Counted from the first letter of the stretch, positions 11,256 through 21,326 are shown. The stretch: 64,000 nucleotides of DNA from Armatimonadota bacterium (GCA_041690135.1 JAWLHY010000009.1:96001-160000), one strand, 5' to 3'. The notes: generated from the letters alone by a model not told the origin. Program-made: numbers and translations.

Positions 11256-11627
11256 TTACCGCATTACGGAGCGGAACACGTCGGGGTTCTCGGGTTCATA
11301 GCCGCAGAAGAGGCACCGGTTGTGCTTCTGCGACAGGGTGCGCTGGCAGTGGGGACAGGTCTGGATCTGCGTCCGCACCTTCCCGTCGAGCTGCCCGTCC
11401 GCAAGATCGATCTCCTGGATCCGCTGGACCAGGTCTGCGTCGGTGAGGCCGGTCCGCTCCTGGACCAGCGACCAGAGCGCCATATTGACGAGGGTCAACT
11501 GGTTCAAACGCTCTTCTAGGTCCTGGACCAGGCGTCGCGCGTCCTCAGCCCTCTCTTCGCCCCGCCTTCCGGCAGTACGGGCATCCGCTATCCGCTGGTT
11601 CTGACGAAGCTCCCAGAACAGTTCCAC
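11256..11627 (-). CDS. Hypothetical protein with C-terminal zinc ribbon
   Basis: Coiled coil, DLADGQLDGK, CPHC-x10-CLFC. Confidence 0.75.
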   Translation of the reverse strand: MELFWELRQNQRIADARTAGRRGEERAEDARRLVQDLEERLNQLTLVNMALWSLVQERTGLTDADLVQRIQEIDLADGQLDGKVRTQIQTCPHCQRTLSQKHNRCLFCGYEPENPDVFRSVMR

Positions 11628-11823
11628 AGATGTGGGCCTCCCTTCCTAGGGCTATAACGGTCGGTAAGGGCTGCAGGTTGCGGAAAGAGGGATAAGGACA
11701 AAGATAAGGATAAAGAGGGGCGGTGGTGGCCGGAAACTCTGCGTCCAACGAGTAACTAGCGAAGCGGCGCATGTTGAACTACCCACTGGAGGTAGCGGCA
11801 GCCGACCACGTCACGGTGCCGTG

Positions 11824-11886
11824 CTCTTACTCTTACTCTTACTCTTACTCTTACTCTTACTCTTACTCTTACTCTTGCTCTTGCTC
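11824..11886. repeat. Hexamer tandem array (CTCTTA)x8 (CTCTTG)x2
   Basis: Directly visible, 9 bp beyond the proA stop. Confidence 0.95.
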
Positions 11887-11895
11887 TCCGGAATT

Positions 11896-13398
11896 CTACC
11901 GGTGAACCTCGGGATCCGTCTGCACGACCCGCGTCCGAATCGTGAACACCCCGTCCCCACTAAGTACCCCGCCCCGGGCGAAGAGGCGCCCGTTCTGCCA
12001 GTTCGAGAGGCCGAGCTCCGGCCGGTTCAGCGCGTACTGGCCGTCCACCCAGCGGGTGAAGCCGTTCCCCACGAAGGGCGCGTTCACGGCGGCGTAGAAG
12101 CGGGCGTGGGCCTCCGGGTTCTCGCTGATCAGGCTGGCCACAAACTGCGGGCTGTACCGGTTGAACAGCGCGGCGGCCTCGTCGTTATCGGCCACGATCT
12201 TGAGGCTGACTTCGGGAGTTTCTTCCCACTCCCACTCGCGCCCCAACTCCTCCACGGGGAGGCTCTCGGCCAGCGGTTCTTCCACGTCTCCTTCGGCCCG
12301 GCGCACCCGGACCCGCGTGGAGAACCAGTCCGCGGGGACGAAGGCCTCATCACCGGCGGCCACGTGGAGCTTGCATCCGTGCCCCCGCCGTTCTCCCGCG
12401 CGGTGCAGGGCGTCGAGAAAGATAGGTACCAGCTCCTCTGCGCGCTCCCGCGGCAGACAGCAGACGTTGAGGGTGTTGCAGACCTTGCGGTCCAACGAAT
12501 GGTACACCGCCGCCGCAAAGCGGGCCGGATCCGCCTCCCGGTCCGCGACGAGCCAGGCGCCGCCGGTGCCGTGCAGGCTCACCGGCACCCCCGCCTGCCG
12601 GGCAACCCCACCCAGTTGCTCGACCGCCTTTCCCGAGCCCCGCGCCACGGCGAGCGCGAGGCGGCTGTCCGAAAACATCGCCCACCCGGCGGCGCGGTCT
12701 CCGCTCTCGACCAGGGTCGCCGCGCCCTCCGGAAGCCCGGCCGCGGCCAGCGCGGGACTCAGCGCATGCTCCACGATGGCCCGCGCCGTGCCGAGGGCGT
12801 CGCTGCCGATCCGGAACACAACGGTGTTGCCGCCACGGAGCACCCCGGTGGCATCTGCGAAGACGTTGGGCCGGCTCTCGAAGACAAAGCCGACGACGCC
12901 CAGGGGCGCCACCACCTGCTCCACCTTCCAGCCTTCGTGGTCGATGGTCTCCAGCACGCGCCCGCGCAGGGTGGGCGCGTCCCGCCAGCCGCGGAGCCCG
13001 GCGATCATGTCGCGCCGCATCTTCTCGTTGGCCACCAGTCGGGTTGTCGACCGGCCTCGGGCCTTCGCTCGCTCCACATCCTCGGCGTTGGCGGCGGCGA
13101 TCGGCGCCCACGACTCTTCCGCCTCGAGACGCCGCGCGAACTCCTCGTAGAACCGGGAGATCTCCGCGTCGGTCACGGACCCCATCGCCTGGAAGGCGGC
13201 GTGCGCACGGCCCACGGCGGCGGTGGCGATGTTGTAGGGCTCGGCGGGAATGTGGAGAAGGTCGCCGGTGCTCTGCACCACGAGGAGGCGGTCCCCCGGT
13301 TGGAAGCACTCGGCGATCTCGGCGGGAACGGTGGCGACCCGGTTGCCCGCGAAGAGGACAGGCATTCCGGCGGATAGCTCGGTGAGAAAGCTGGACAT
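11896..13398 (-). CDS. proA: Gamma-glutamyl phosphate reductase (variant with N-terminal extension)
   Basis: PLGVVGFVFESRPNV, VARGSG, catalytic KVCNTLN, TRWVDG, ELGLS, ARG. Confidence 0.8.
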   Translation of the reverse strand: MSSFLTELSAGMPVLFAGNRVATVPAEIAECFQPGDRLLVVQSTGDLLHIPAEPYNIATAAVGRAHAAFQAMGSVTDAEISRFYEEFARRLEAEESWAPIAAANAEDVERAKARGRSTTRLVANEKMRRDMIAGLRGWRDAPTLRGRVLETIDHEGWKVEQVVAPLGVVGFVFESRPNVFADATGVLRGGNTVVFRIGSDALGTARAIVEHALSPALAAAGLPEGAATLVESGDRAAGWAMFSDSRLALAVARGSGKAVEQLGGVARQAGVPVSLHGTGGAWLVADREADPARFAAAVYHSLDRKVCNTLNVCCLPRERAEELVPIFLDALHRAGERRGHGCKLHVAAGDEAFVPADWFSTRVRVRRAEGDVEEPLAESLPVEELGREWEWEETPEVSLKIVADNDEAAALFNRYSPQFVASLISENPEAHARFYAAVNAPFVGNGFTRWVDGQYALNRPELGLSNWQNGRLFARGGVLSGDGVFTIRTRVVQTDPEVHR

Positions 13399-13460
13399 AG
13401 CCAGAGTGTAGTGGATCGTCCGGCCGGAATCAACCGGGTCGCCGCTCCAGGCGCGGTCTC

Positions 13461-13919
13461 CTAATCCAGTTGTGCAAAGAAGCCAGGTGCGAAGTGGGAC
13501 TCTTCGTCCAGGAGTAGCGTCTGGATGTACGTGACCTGGCCATGATGGTGCAGCAGGTCAATCACCGCCATCCGCACCAGCAGTTGGACGGTTACCGCCA
13601 TCCCCGGCATCTGGATGCTTGCGGAAAGCTGGTCGGGAGAGGCATGGCGCAAGCCCTGCTCGTATCGCCGCAGCACGTTGCGGAGCGCGCGTTTCGCACC
13701 CTCAATGTCATCTACCGGCGGCTCGGGCGTGTTGTGGCCCAGCAGCCCGTTCAGATGGTTGAAGTTCTCCAGAATGTGGTTGACGATCTCCAGCGCCGAC
13801 TTCGCAGCAGACGATGGACGCCAGGCGAACCGGTCGTCCGGAATGAAGTCGAGATTGAAGACCAGGTTCTCCCCGGTCACACAGATCAGGCGAATCAGAG
13901 TTTCCTTTTCTTCCATCAC
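13461..13919 (-). CDS. DinB family protein
   Basis: WRP...SALEIVNHI...HHHGQV.YI pattern. Confidence 0.8.
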   Translation of the reverse strand: MMEEKETLIRLICVTGENLVFNLDFIPDDRFAWRPSSAAKSALEIVNHILENFNHLNGLLGHNTPEPPVDDIEGAKRALRNVLRRYEQGLRHASPDQLSASIQMPGMAVTVQLLVRMAVIDLLHHHGQVTYIQTLLLDEESHFAPGFFAQLD

Positions 13920-14090
13920 ACGACTCCACTTCTCAAATTGGGTGCGGCGTTAATGGACGCCAATACCACGCATGGATACAATCGGGGTCGCCAGATTCCG
14001 GCGACCCCGACTGGGGATTGGTTCAGCATGGATAGGTCGATTGCGAAAGCCGCGGATCGACTAACGGGGAAGATTCGCAGCGGTATTTCT

Positions 14091-14969
14091 TCAGTCGCTG
14101 CCGCGCAGCACCTTCACCAGCGCGGCGAACTCCTCATCCCCGTAGCCGGCGGCCATCGCGCGCCGGAAGATCCCTTGGCCGAAGGCGGGGTACTCGGCGT
14201 TGATCCCCGCTTCTTCCGCTTGCTGTCCGAGGGTCTCAAAGAACGCCGCGCAGATGGCGACGGAGGACTCGGCCTTCTCAAAGCTCCCGGCATGGATCGC
14301 CTCGCACATGTGACGGACCATTCCGCCAATCACCGGGGCGAGGCCGGCGAGCTGCGACCCGAAGGCAGCCACGTCGAGGCCCTCCGCCTCGCAGATCAAC
14401 ACGCCATGGATGGCCCCCAGGAGCCCGCCGAAGAGGTAGGACAGGGTCGCGTAGTCGAGGGCGGAGGCCGCACCCACCGGCGCCCCGAGGTAGGCTACGT
14501 TTCCGGCGAAATGCCGGAGGAGTGGCTCGCTCCGGCGGAATGCCGACTCGGAGCCGGAGGTGAAAATCGCAGCCTCGGGCGTGCCGATCTGGCTCGGGAT
14601 CGCCATGATGGCGCCGTCGAGGTAGTCGGCCCCCCGCTCCCGCATCCACGTTTCAGTGGTGCGGGCCTCCTGGGGCGTGCCGGTGCTCAGTTGAAGCAGC
14701 ACCCGTCCCTGAAGGGCAGGAGTGATCTCCGCCGTATCGAGAAGCTCGCGGGCAGCGCGGTAGTCGGTCACACAGACGATGACCACAGGGCTCGCTGCGA
14801 CGGCATCCGCCACGCTGGGGGCAAGGTAGGCGCCTCGGGCGACCAGCGGCTCGGCACGTGCGGTCGTGCGGTTCCAGATGGTGACGGAATGGCCGTTTCG
14901 CAGCAGGGCATGAGCCAGTGCCGTGCCCATCGTTCCCAATCCGATAAGAGTGACTTCGGAGTTCATCAT
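14091..14969 (-). CDS. NAD(P)-dependent oxidoreductase, beta-hydroxyacid dehydrogenase / imine reductase family
   Basis: GLGTMG, WNRT, QLSTG, YLDGAIMAIP. Confidence 0.88.
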   Translation of the reverse strand: MMNSEVTLIGLGTMGTALAHALLRNGHSVTIWNRTTARAEPLVARGAYLAPSVADAVAASPVVIVCVTDYRAARELLDTAEITPALQGRVLLQLSTGTPQEARTTETWMRERGADYLDGAIMAIPSQIGTPEAAIFTSGSESAFRRSEPLLRHFAGNVAYLGAPVGAASALDYATLSYLFGGLLGAIHGVLICEAEGLDVAAFGSQLAGLAPVIGGMVRHMCEAIHAGSFEKAESSVAICAAFFETLGQQAEEAGINAEYPAFGQGIFRRAMAAGYGDEEFAALVKVLRGSD

Positions 14970-14996
14970 TTTCTCTCTGAGTGTTCCTAAGTGGGG

Positions 14997-15752
14997 TTAA
15001 AGAGGGGCGCCGATCGTGGCCAGGCCGCCATCGACCAGCAGCTCGGTGCCGGTAGTGAACGTGGCTTCGAACGCGAGAAAGAGCACCGCGCGGGCGACTT
15101 CCTCGGCCGATCCATGTCGTTTCATCGGGGTGATCTCATCGCCCAGCTTCCGAAGGGCTACTCGCTGCTCCGCCGAAAGGCCGGCCACGCCCATGGTGGG
15201 GGTGTCGATAAACCCGGGGGCCACGGTGTTGACCCGAATGCCGCGCGGAATGAGCTCGGCGGCGAAGACCTGCGCGAAGGCGCGGAGGGCGGCCTTGGTG
15301 CCGAGGTAAACGCTCAGGTTGGGATTGGCGGGCCCATGGGTGACGGTGGTGACGACCATCGCGCCCCCATTCCGCACGAAGGGCGCGAGGCGCTGCATGG
15401 TGAAAAACGCTCCACGCGTGTTCACGGCGAACTGGCGCTCGTAGGAGTCGACGGTCACCTGATCGAAGGGTGCCAGCTCCGAGATGCCGGCGTTGATGAG
15501 GACCAGATCGATCTCGCCGAGCGTGCGTTCCACGTGGGCTCCCAGCGCCTCGATCTCTTCCAGCCGGGAAGTGTCGGAGCGCACTACGTGCGCTCGTGGT
15601 CCGAGCTCTCGCCGTGCGGCGGCGAGGTTCTGCTCATTCTGGCCGGTCAGCAGCACTTCAGCTCCGCCGTCCAGCAGCGCCTGAACGGTCGCCAGCCCCA
15701 TGCCGTGCGTCCCACCTGTCACGACTGCCTTCTTGTCTGCGTACTTTCCCAT
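14997..15752 (-). CDS. Short-chain dehydrogenase/reductase
   Basis: [25 protein letters not shown]. Confidence 0.92.
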   Translation of the reverse strand: MGKYADKKAVVTGGTHGMGLATVQALLDGGAEVLLTGQNEQNLAAARRELGPRAHVVRSDTSRLEEIEALGAHVERTLGEIDLVLINAGISELAPFDQVTVDSYERQFAVNTRGAFFTMQRLAPFVRNGGAMVVTTVTHGPANPNLSVYLGTKAALRAFAQVFAAELIPRGIRVNTVAPGFIDTPTMGVAGLSAEQRVALRKLGDEITPMKRHGSAEEVARAVLFLAFEATFTTGTELLVDGGLATIGAPL

Positions 15753-15799
15753 CGGTTTCTCCCTGGCCGGCGGCTCCATGCCGCGGCCTGTCGACAGCG

Positions 15800-15863
15800 A
15801 GAATACCGCCGGCGGCTCCGGTGGGTCGCGCACGATCGGACGGAGATTGAGCATGATCGGACG
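15800..15863 (-). promoter_or_regulatory. Putative AraC-activated promoter of the SDR-oxidoreductase operon
   Basis: Direct repeat GCAYGATCGGACG at 15830-15842 and 15851-15863 (21-bp spacing) next to the -35 position of a minus-strand TATTCT -10 (15800-15805); divergent AraC gene. Confidence 0.55.
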
Positions 15864-15947
15864 CACTCGGAAGTCTCCGTTCCGCGGGTAGAGGCGGGCT
15901 TACAGGCGCAGAAGAACCAGGTTACAATCCACCGGAGGAGAACGGCA

Positions 15948-16814
15948 GTGACCGATCAGCAACCCGCTTCGACCCCCTATGCTCTCACGGCCGGAACCAC
16001 GGGTTTGGTGGGGCCGCCACATCACAACGGGTTACGCGTCGAACTCCTGACCGCAGCCCCCGGCGTCATCGAGTTGGAACCTCTCCCGGACCACCGTTTG
16101 ATCGTCCACGCCGGGCCGCCGGTCCAGGGCGCGTGCAGCATGCACCGCTTTCGCTACACTCGCGGCGACGTGGACCTCTTCCCGGCTGGAGCCGCGGATG
16201 CGTGGACGGCGGAAGACGCCGTCGCCTCTGTAACGCTCCACCTGTCTCCCTGGCTGCTGCACCGTGCCGCGGAAGACCTCGGGCTGGATCCCGACCGGAG
16301 CGGATTGGAACCCCGGCACCAGTTCCGCGACCCACGGATCGAACATCTGGCCTGGGCTCTGGAAGCGGAGCGCCAAGCCGGATTTCCGAACGGCCGCCTC
16401 TACACGGATGCCCTGGGTCTGGCGCTTGCCGCCCATTTGCTTGGGAGCTACCGGACCGTGGTTCGCACTCTCGGTGGGCTGTCCCGGTCCCAGTTGCGGC
16501 GGGTGACGGAGTACATCGAGGAACACCTGGACCAGAACCTGTCGCTAGAGCGCCTCGCCGCGGTGGCCCAGGTCAGCCCCTCGTACTTGAAGACGCTTTT
16601 CCGCCGTTCGACCGGTCAGCCGGTGCACCAGTACGTGATTCAGCGCCGGGTGGAGCGGGCCAGGGCACTGTTGTTGCGGGGTGAGTTGCCGGCCAGCCAG
16701 GTGGCCCTGGAGGCGGGGTTCGCACACCAGAGCCACATGGCCCGCTGCATGCGGCGCGTGCTGGGGGTTACCCCAGGAGAGGTGGCACGCGCCGCGGGTA
16801 ACGGAAGGGGTTAA
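15948..16814 (+). CDS. AraC family transcriptional regulator
   Basis: GGAGG RBS + GTG; C-terminal double HTH (SLERLAAVAQVS...FRRSTG...GFAHQSHM). Confidence 0.92.
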   Translation: MTDQQPASTPYALTAGTTGLVGPPHHNGLRVELLTAAPGVIELEPLPDHRLIVHAGPPVQGACSMHRFRYTRGDVDLFPAGAADAWTAEDAVASVTLHLSPWLLHRAAEDLGLDPDRSGLEPRHQFRDPRIEHLAWALEAERQAGFPNGRLYTDALGLALAAHLLGSYRTVVRTLGGLSRSQLRRVTEYIEEHLDQNLSLERLAAVAQVSPSYLKTLFRRSTGQPVHQYVIQRRVERARALLLRGELPASQVALEAGFAHQSHMARCMRRVLGVTPGEVARAAGNGRG

Positions 16815-17665
16815 CGATTCGCCAGCACCCGCTCGAGCGCGGGGTCCAGGTCAGGTGTGTCGGGTAGGGAGATTCGGAAGACTTCCTGCAGTGCTCCGCG
16901 GAGTTCACCAACGCTCGTCAGGAGTCGCCGTTCCGGTGGGCCGTCGAGCGGGTAAGTGTTGAGCTCGTTGTTGATCAGGGTGTAGCGCCGACCGGGATCC
17001 GTCCGCGAGGCGATCAGGCTCCGGGTGAACGGCGATTCCGGATGGGTGGAGACATACCAGTTGTAGAGCTCGTAATCGGCGGGGAACTGCTCCACCAGGT
17101 CGAAGCGGTAGAGCGATTTCCACTCCCCGGCCACCTTTGCCTGCAGCAGATAGACATTCTCCCAGGGCAGGATCCGGAACAACTCATGCGGAGTGGTCTG
17201 CTCCGTCCCCACTTCCAGGCGTAGGGGACCGGTAGGCGCCATGACGCCAAAGCCAACGTCCGCCAGATAGGGCTGTCCTTCCAGGTCAACCTTCAGCAGC
17301 ATATGGCTCCTGGGCGGGCGCACCTCCTCCGGCTGATTCCACACGACCCGCGAAGCGAGGTAGGTTACCTGGAACCCCAATGCCTGAAGGGCTCGCCCAA
17401 AGAGGGTGTTCTGCTCGAAGCAGTATCCGCCGCGCCCTTGCCGGAGGAACTTCTCTTCAAGGGTTGCCAGAGCCAGGGATACCGGTCGACCCAGGAACGA
17501 GTTGAGGTTCTCGAAGGGAAGGCTCATGACGTGATGAAGCGTGATCCCGCCAAGGGTGGCGAGATTTGCCCGGCGTTCTCCCTGGTAACCGATGCGTTGA
17601 AAGTAGGCGTCGAGATCGAGCGGAGCATCCGTATCATCACGGCTGGTCGTTCCTTCATTGGCCAT
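16811..17665 (-). CDS. nat: Arylamine N-acetyltransferase
   Basis: PFENL, RGGYCFEQN (Cys), SHMLL (His), ADVGFG (Asp). Confidence 0.95.
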   Translation of the reverse strand: MANEGTTSRDDTDAPLDLDAYFQRIGYQGERRANLATLGGITLHHVMSLPFENLNSFLGRPVSLALATLEEKFLRQGRGGYCFEQNTLFGRALQALGFQVTYLASRVVWNQPEEVRPPRSHMLLKVDLEGQPYLADVGFGVMAPTGPLRLEVGTEQTTPHELFRILPWENVYLLQAKVAGEWKSLYRFDLVEQFPADYELYNWYVSTHPESPFTRSLIASRTDPGRRYTLINNELNTYPLDGPPERRLLTSVGELRGALQEVFRISLPDTPDLDPALERVLANR

Positions 17666-17884
17666 CCTGCATTCTCCTGAACTTATGTCCTGGCCCTCAT
17701 CCTCGAGGACCCGTCCCGTTCACGGTCCCATCGCAAGTGCGGTTACGGGGTGCGCGCCGTCTCCCGAGGGACCGTTCGTGTTCTCTGGGAGCATGCTATG
17801 CGTCTCGGGCTCGCGTCTGTGAAGGGGGCCGGAATCCTCTTAACGGATTTTAAGGTCGCCCGGACAACGTCCAACCCTCCGGGG

Positions 17885-17931
17885 TTGACGCCCTGTCGGT
17901 CCTGCGATACACTCCAGACATATACATGTCT
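17885..17931 (+). promoter_or_regulatory. Sigma70 promoter and palindromic operator of the GntR gene
   Basis: TTGACG-17 bp-TACACT; AGACAT-N4-ATGTCT (17916-17931) overlapping the ATG. Confidence 0.7.
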
Positions 17932-18696
17932 ACATCTCTTCTCGACACCTATCCGGTTCAATCCGGCTTCGCGGGGATCGCCGACCTGCTGCGGCGCGCC
18001 ATCGCGTCGGGCGAGTTGCCGCGGCACGCGCAGCTTCCGGCGATCAGCGAGCTGGCGCGGCGCTACGGCACCACCGCCATTACGGTGCGGCGGGCGCTGC
18101 GGTTGCTGGAGCAGGAGGGGTTGGTGCGGGTGGAGCACGGCGTGGGGACCTTCGTGGCCGACTGGGCGGGCGCGCACGATCTGCTGCGGCTGCCGAGCTT
18201 CTCCGCCGAGATGGAAGCGCGGGAACTGGGCCCGCGGACGGAGGTCCGCGCGCGCGGCCGGAACGTAGTTCATCCCGAGGCAGCGCAGGCATTGGGGATG
18301 GGAGAGGGCACTCCGCTGGTGATGCTGGCCCGGCTGCGGCGGCTGCGGGAGCTGCCCGTGGCCTTCCAGCGCTCGTACCTGCCGGTCGCATTTGGTGACC
18401 TGGTAGGGGCCTTCCAGCCGGACCAATCGCTCTACGAAGCGCTCCGGCAGCAAACTGGCCGGTTGCCTGTTTCATCGCACGAGCGTCTGGAAGCGGTGGT
18501 GTTGCCCGCGGAGATCGCCGGCGAGTTGGAGGTCGTGCCCGGAAGCGCCGGCTGGCGGTCCCTGCGCACCACCCTCGATCCGTCGGGAGTACCGCTGGTC
18601 TTTGACGAGGCGTTTCTGCCGGGTGAGCGCCTGGAGTTGCAGATCGATCGGCACGCCGGGCAAACGCGACTCGAGTTCCGCCTCAAGTCCCCATAA
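17926..18696 (+). CDS. GntR family regulator (HutC/UTRA type)
   Basis: wHTH (LP...ELARRYG...TVRRAL..L..EGLV...HGVGTFV), UTRA domain (SLYEAL). Confidence 0.92.
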   Translation: MSTSLLDTYPVQSGFAGIADLLRRAIASGELPRHAQLPAISELARRYGTTAITVRRALRLLEQEGLVRVEHGVGTFVADWAGAHDLLRLPSFSAEMEARELGPRTEVRARGRNVVHPEAAQALGMGEGTPLVMLARLRRLRELPVAFQRSYLPVAFGDLVGAFQPDQSLYEALRQQTGRLPVSSHERLEAVVLPAEIAGELEVVPGSAGWRSLRTTLDPSGVPLVFDEAFLPGERLELQIDRHAGQTRLEFRLKSP

Positions 18697-18710
18697 CACG
18701 GACGCAATAC

Positions 18711-18892
18711 AACGCAAAGGGCGCAGAGAACGCAAAGACCGCAAAGATTTCGAAGAAGAGAATTATGTGAGTCCGTTGATCCCGATGGCCCAGGTGAAAG
18801 AGTTGTGAGCGATTGGGCAACTCACAAAGAAGAAGTCCATTCCCTCTCGGATTTCCCTTTGCGCCCTTTGCGCTCTTCGCGTTCTCTGCGTT
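18711..18892. repeat. Inverted pair of 9-mer tandem arrays (CGCAAAG-type) flanking a 110-bp spacer
   Basis: 18711-18746 is an imperfect reverse complement of 18857-18892. Confidence 0.85.
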
Positions 18893-18915
18893 AATGCCCC
18901 GATAAGGAGCCAATT

Positions 18916-20127
18916 GTGAGTACCGAAATACCGATGAACCTGCCGGACGCCCGTGGGCGGTTCGGTGAATACGGCGGCCGGTTCGTGCCGGAGACGCTGA
19001 TGCCGGCGCTGGAGGAACTGACCGAGAAGTACCTCCACGCCAAGAGCGATCTCACTTTCCAGGAAGAACTGGCCTACTACCTGCGGGAGTACGTGGGGCG
19101 GCCGACCCCGCTCTTCTACGCCGAGCGCCTCACGAAGCACTGTGGCGGCGCGAAGATCTACCTGAAGCGGGAAGACCTGAACCACACGGGCGCGCACAAG
19201 ATCAACAACGCACTCGGCCAGGTGCTCCTCGCCAAGCGGATGACCAAGCCCCGCATCATCGCGGAGACCGGCGCCGGACAGCACGGGGTCGCGACCGCCA
19301 CCGCTTGCGCGCTACTCGGCTTCGAGTGCGAGATCTACATGGGCAGCGAAGACATCGAGCGGCAGCGGCTCAACGTCTTCCGGATGAAGCTCCTCGGTGC
19401 GAAGGTCAACCCCGTGGAGAGCGGCAGCAAGACCCTGAAAGACGCCATGAACGAGGCGTTCCGCGACTGGGTCACCAACGTCCGCACCACCCACTACGTC
19501 ATCGGCTCGGCGGCCGGAGCGCACCCTTATCCGATGATGGTCCGCGACTTCCAGTCGGTCATCGGCAGCGAAACCCGGGCGCAGATGCTCGAGAAGGAAG
19601 GCCGCCTGCCGGATGCCGTGGTCGCCTGCGTGGGTGGCGGGAGCAACGCCATCGGGATGTTCTATCCGTTCGTGCAAGACGAGGGTGTGCGTCTGGTCGG
19701 CGTCGAGGCTGCGGGCCACGGGCTGACGACTCCCGGCAAGCATGCCGCCACGCTGGTTGCCGGCTCTCTCGGAGTGTTGCACGGCGCCCGCAGCTACCTG
19801 CTGCAGGACGAGCGCGGCCAGGTGCTGGAGACCCACTCTGTGAGCGCCGGCCTGGACTACCCCGGCGTCGGGCCCGAGCACAGCTACCTGAAGGATGCCG
19901 GGCGCGCTGAATACGTCCCCTGCACCGACGAGCAGGCGATGGAGGCGTTCCAGCTTCTCTGCCGGACCGAGGGGATCATCCCCGCGCTCGAGTCCGCGCA
20001 TGCCGTGTACCAGGGCGCGCGGTTGGCCCGCGAGCTTCCCGCCGACCAGATCGTGGTCGTCAACCTCTCCGGCCGGGGCGATAAGGACGTGGAGCAGGTC
20101 CAGCGCATCCTCGGGGCCTCCCTGTAA
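18916..20127 (+). CDS. trpB: Tryptophan synthase beta chain
   Basis: [49 protein letters not shown]. Confidence 0.99.
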   Translation: MSTEIPMNLPDARGRFGEYGGRFVPETLMPALEELTEKYLHAKSDLTFQEELAYYLREYVGRPTPLFYAERLTKHCGGAKIYLKREDLNHTGAHKINNALGQVLLAKRMTKPRIIAETGAGQHGVATATACALLGFECEIYMGSEDIERQRLNVFRMKLLGAKVNPVESGSKTLKDAMNEAFRDWVTNVRTTHYVIGSAAGAHPYPMMVRDFQSVIGSETRAQMLEKEGRLPDAVVACVGGGSNAIGMFYPFVQDEGVRLVGVEAAGHGLTTPGKHAATLVAGSLGVLHGARSYLLQDERGQVLETHSVSAGLDYPGVGPEHSYLKDAGRAEYVPCTDEQAMEAFQLLCRTEGIIPALESAHAVYQGARLARELPADQIVVVNLSGRGDKDVEQVQRILGASL

Positions 20128-20143
20128 GAACAGAGAATTCACC

Positions 20144-20929
20144 ATGAGCCGCATTACCGAACGATTCAAGCAACTGCGCTCCCGGGGAGAAACGGGGCTG
20201 GTCACCTACATCATGGCGGGCGATCCGGATCTGGAGACCACCCGTAAGCTGGTCCTGGAGTTGGAGCGAGCCGGCGCCGACGTGCTGGAACTGGGCGTGC
20301 CGTTCACCGACCCGCTGGCCGATGGCCCGAGCATCCAGGCCGCCAACGAGCGGGCCCTGGCCTCCGGCACCACGTTGGACCAGATCCTCGACCTGGTCCG
20401 CAGCCTCCGCCAGGAGACCCAGATCCCGATCTTGTTGATGACCTACTACAACCCGATCTTCCGCGCCGGGCAGGAGAAGGTTGCCTGTGAGGCCGTGGCT
20501 GCTGGGGTGGACGGGATGCTCATCACCGACCTGCCTCCGGAAGAAGCGGACGAGTGGAAGGCGACCGCCGGCGCGGCGGGGCTGGATACCATCTTCCTGC
20601 TGGCGCCCACGAGCACCGGGGAGCGGATCCGCATTGGAGCGAAGGCCGCCAGTGGCTTCGTCTACTGCGTCTCCCGCACCGGCGTCACCGGGGCGCGCGC
20701 CGAACTGCCGGAAGACCTCCACGAATTGCTCGACCGGATCCGGGAGCAGACCGACCAGCCGATTGCGGTCGGCTTCGGCGTCAGCACTCCCGAGCACGTT
20801 CGCCAGATCGGCCAGTGGTGCGATGCGGCGGTGGTCGGCAGCGCCCTGGTGAACCGGATCGCCGCCGAGGGTCGCGACTCCGTGGCCTCCGTCGGGCAAC
20901 TCGTCCGCGAGCTCAAAGGCCGGGGCTGA
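20144..20929 (+). CDS. trpA: Tryptophan synthase alpha chain
   Basis: AGDP, ELGVPFTDPLADGPSIQ, MTYYNP, SRTGVTG, VGFGVS, VGSA. Confidence 0.99.
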   Translation: MSRITERFKQLRSRGETGLVTYIMAGDPDLETTRKLVLELERAGADVLELGVPFTDPLADGPSIQAANERALASGTTLDQILDLVRSLRQETQIPILLMTYYNPIFRAGQEKVACEAVAAGVDGMLITDLPPEEADEWKATAGAAGLDTIFLLAPTSTGERIRIGAKAASGFVYCVSRTGVTGARAELPEDLHELLDRIREQTDQPIAVGFGVSTPEHVRQIGQWCDAAVVGSALVNRIAAEGRDSVASVGQLVRELKGRG

Positions 20930-20998
20930 TCCCCATCCGCTAAGGGCTGAACAGCCATCCGCGAATTTCGCGAATGAAGCGAATGGGAAAGCTCCTCA

Positions 20999-21326
20999 GC
21001 CGGATTTTCGAGGCCGGATTTTCGAGGCCGGATTTTCGATCTCGGGCAGTTGCACTGCCCGAGATAACTTCGTCCGCTCTTGATCGCGGGCAGTTGCACT
21101 GCCCGCGTTACGTTCGTCCGCAGGCCTACGCCCCGAATGGGTTGCACTGCGGTCCCCTGGTGACCGCAGCAGCCGACGCGCTCTGCACCAGCGGGCTCAC
21201 CCGGCGCTTTGTGAAACGCAATCGTAGTGAGGACCCGAACCGCTGTTACCCAGGGCAGGTGCGGCGCAGTGCAACCCCCTACGGGCCATATGGCTGCGAG
21301 CGAAACGTCCTGCTGCAGTGCAACTG
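20999..21326. repeat. Structured palindromic element with GTTGCACTGC cores
   Basis: 14-mer GCCGGATTTTCGAG x3, hairpins 21039-21065 and 21085-21107, distal inverted cores at 21266-21275 and 21315-21326. Confidence 0.8.

Noticed and set aside
11821-13377. ORF with poly-Leu N-terminus
   Set aside because: Poly-Leu is the CTCTTA array translated; the remainder is antisense to proA
14991-15947. 319-aa N-terminal extension of the AraC ORF
   Set aside because: Antisense to the SDR; strong GGAGG RBS and GTG at 15948
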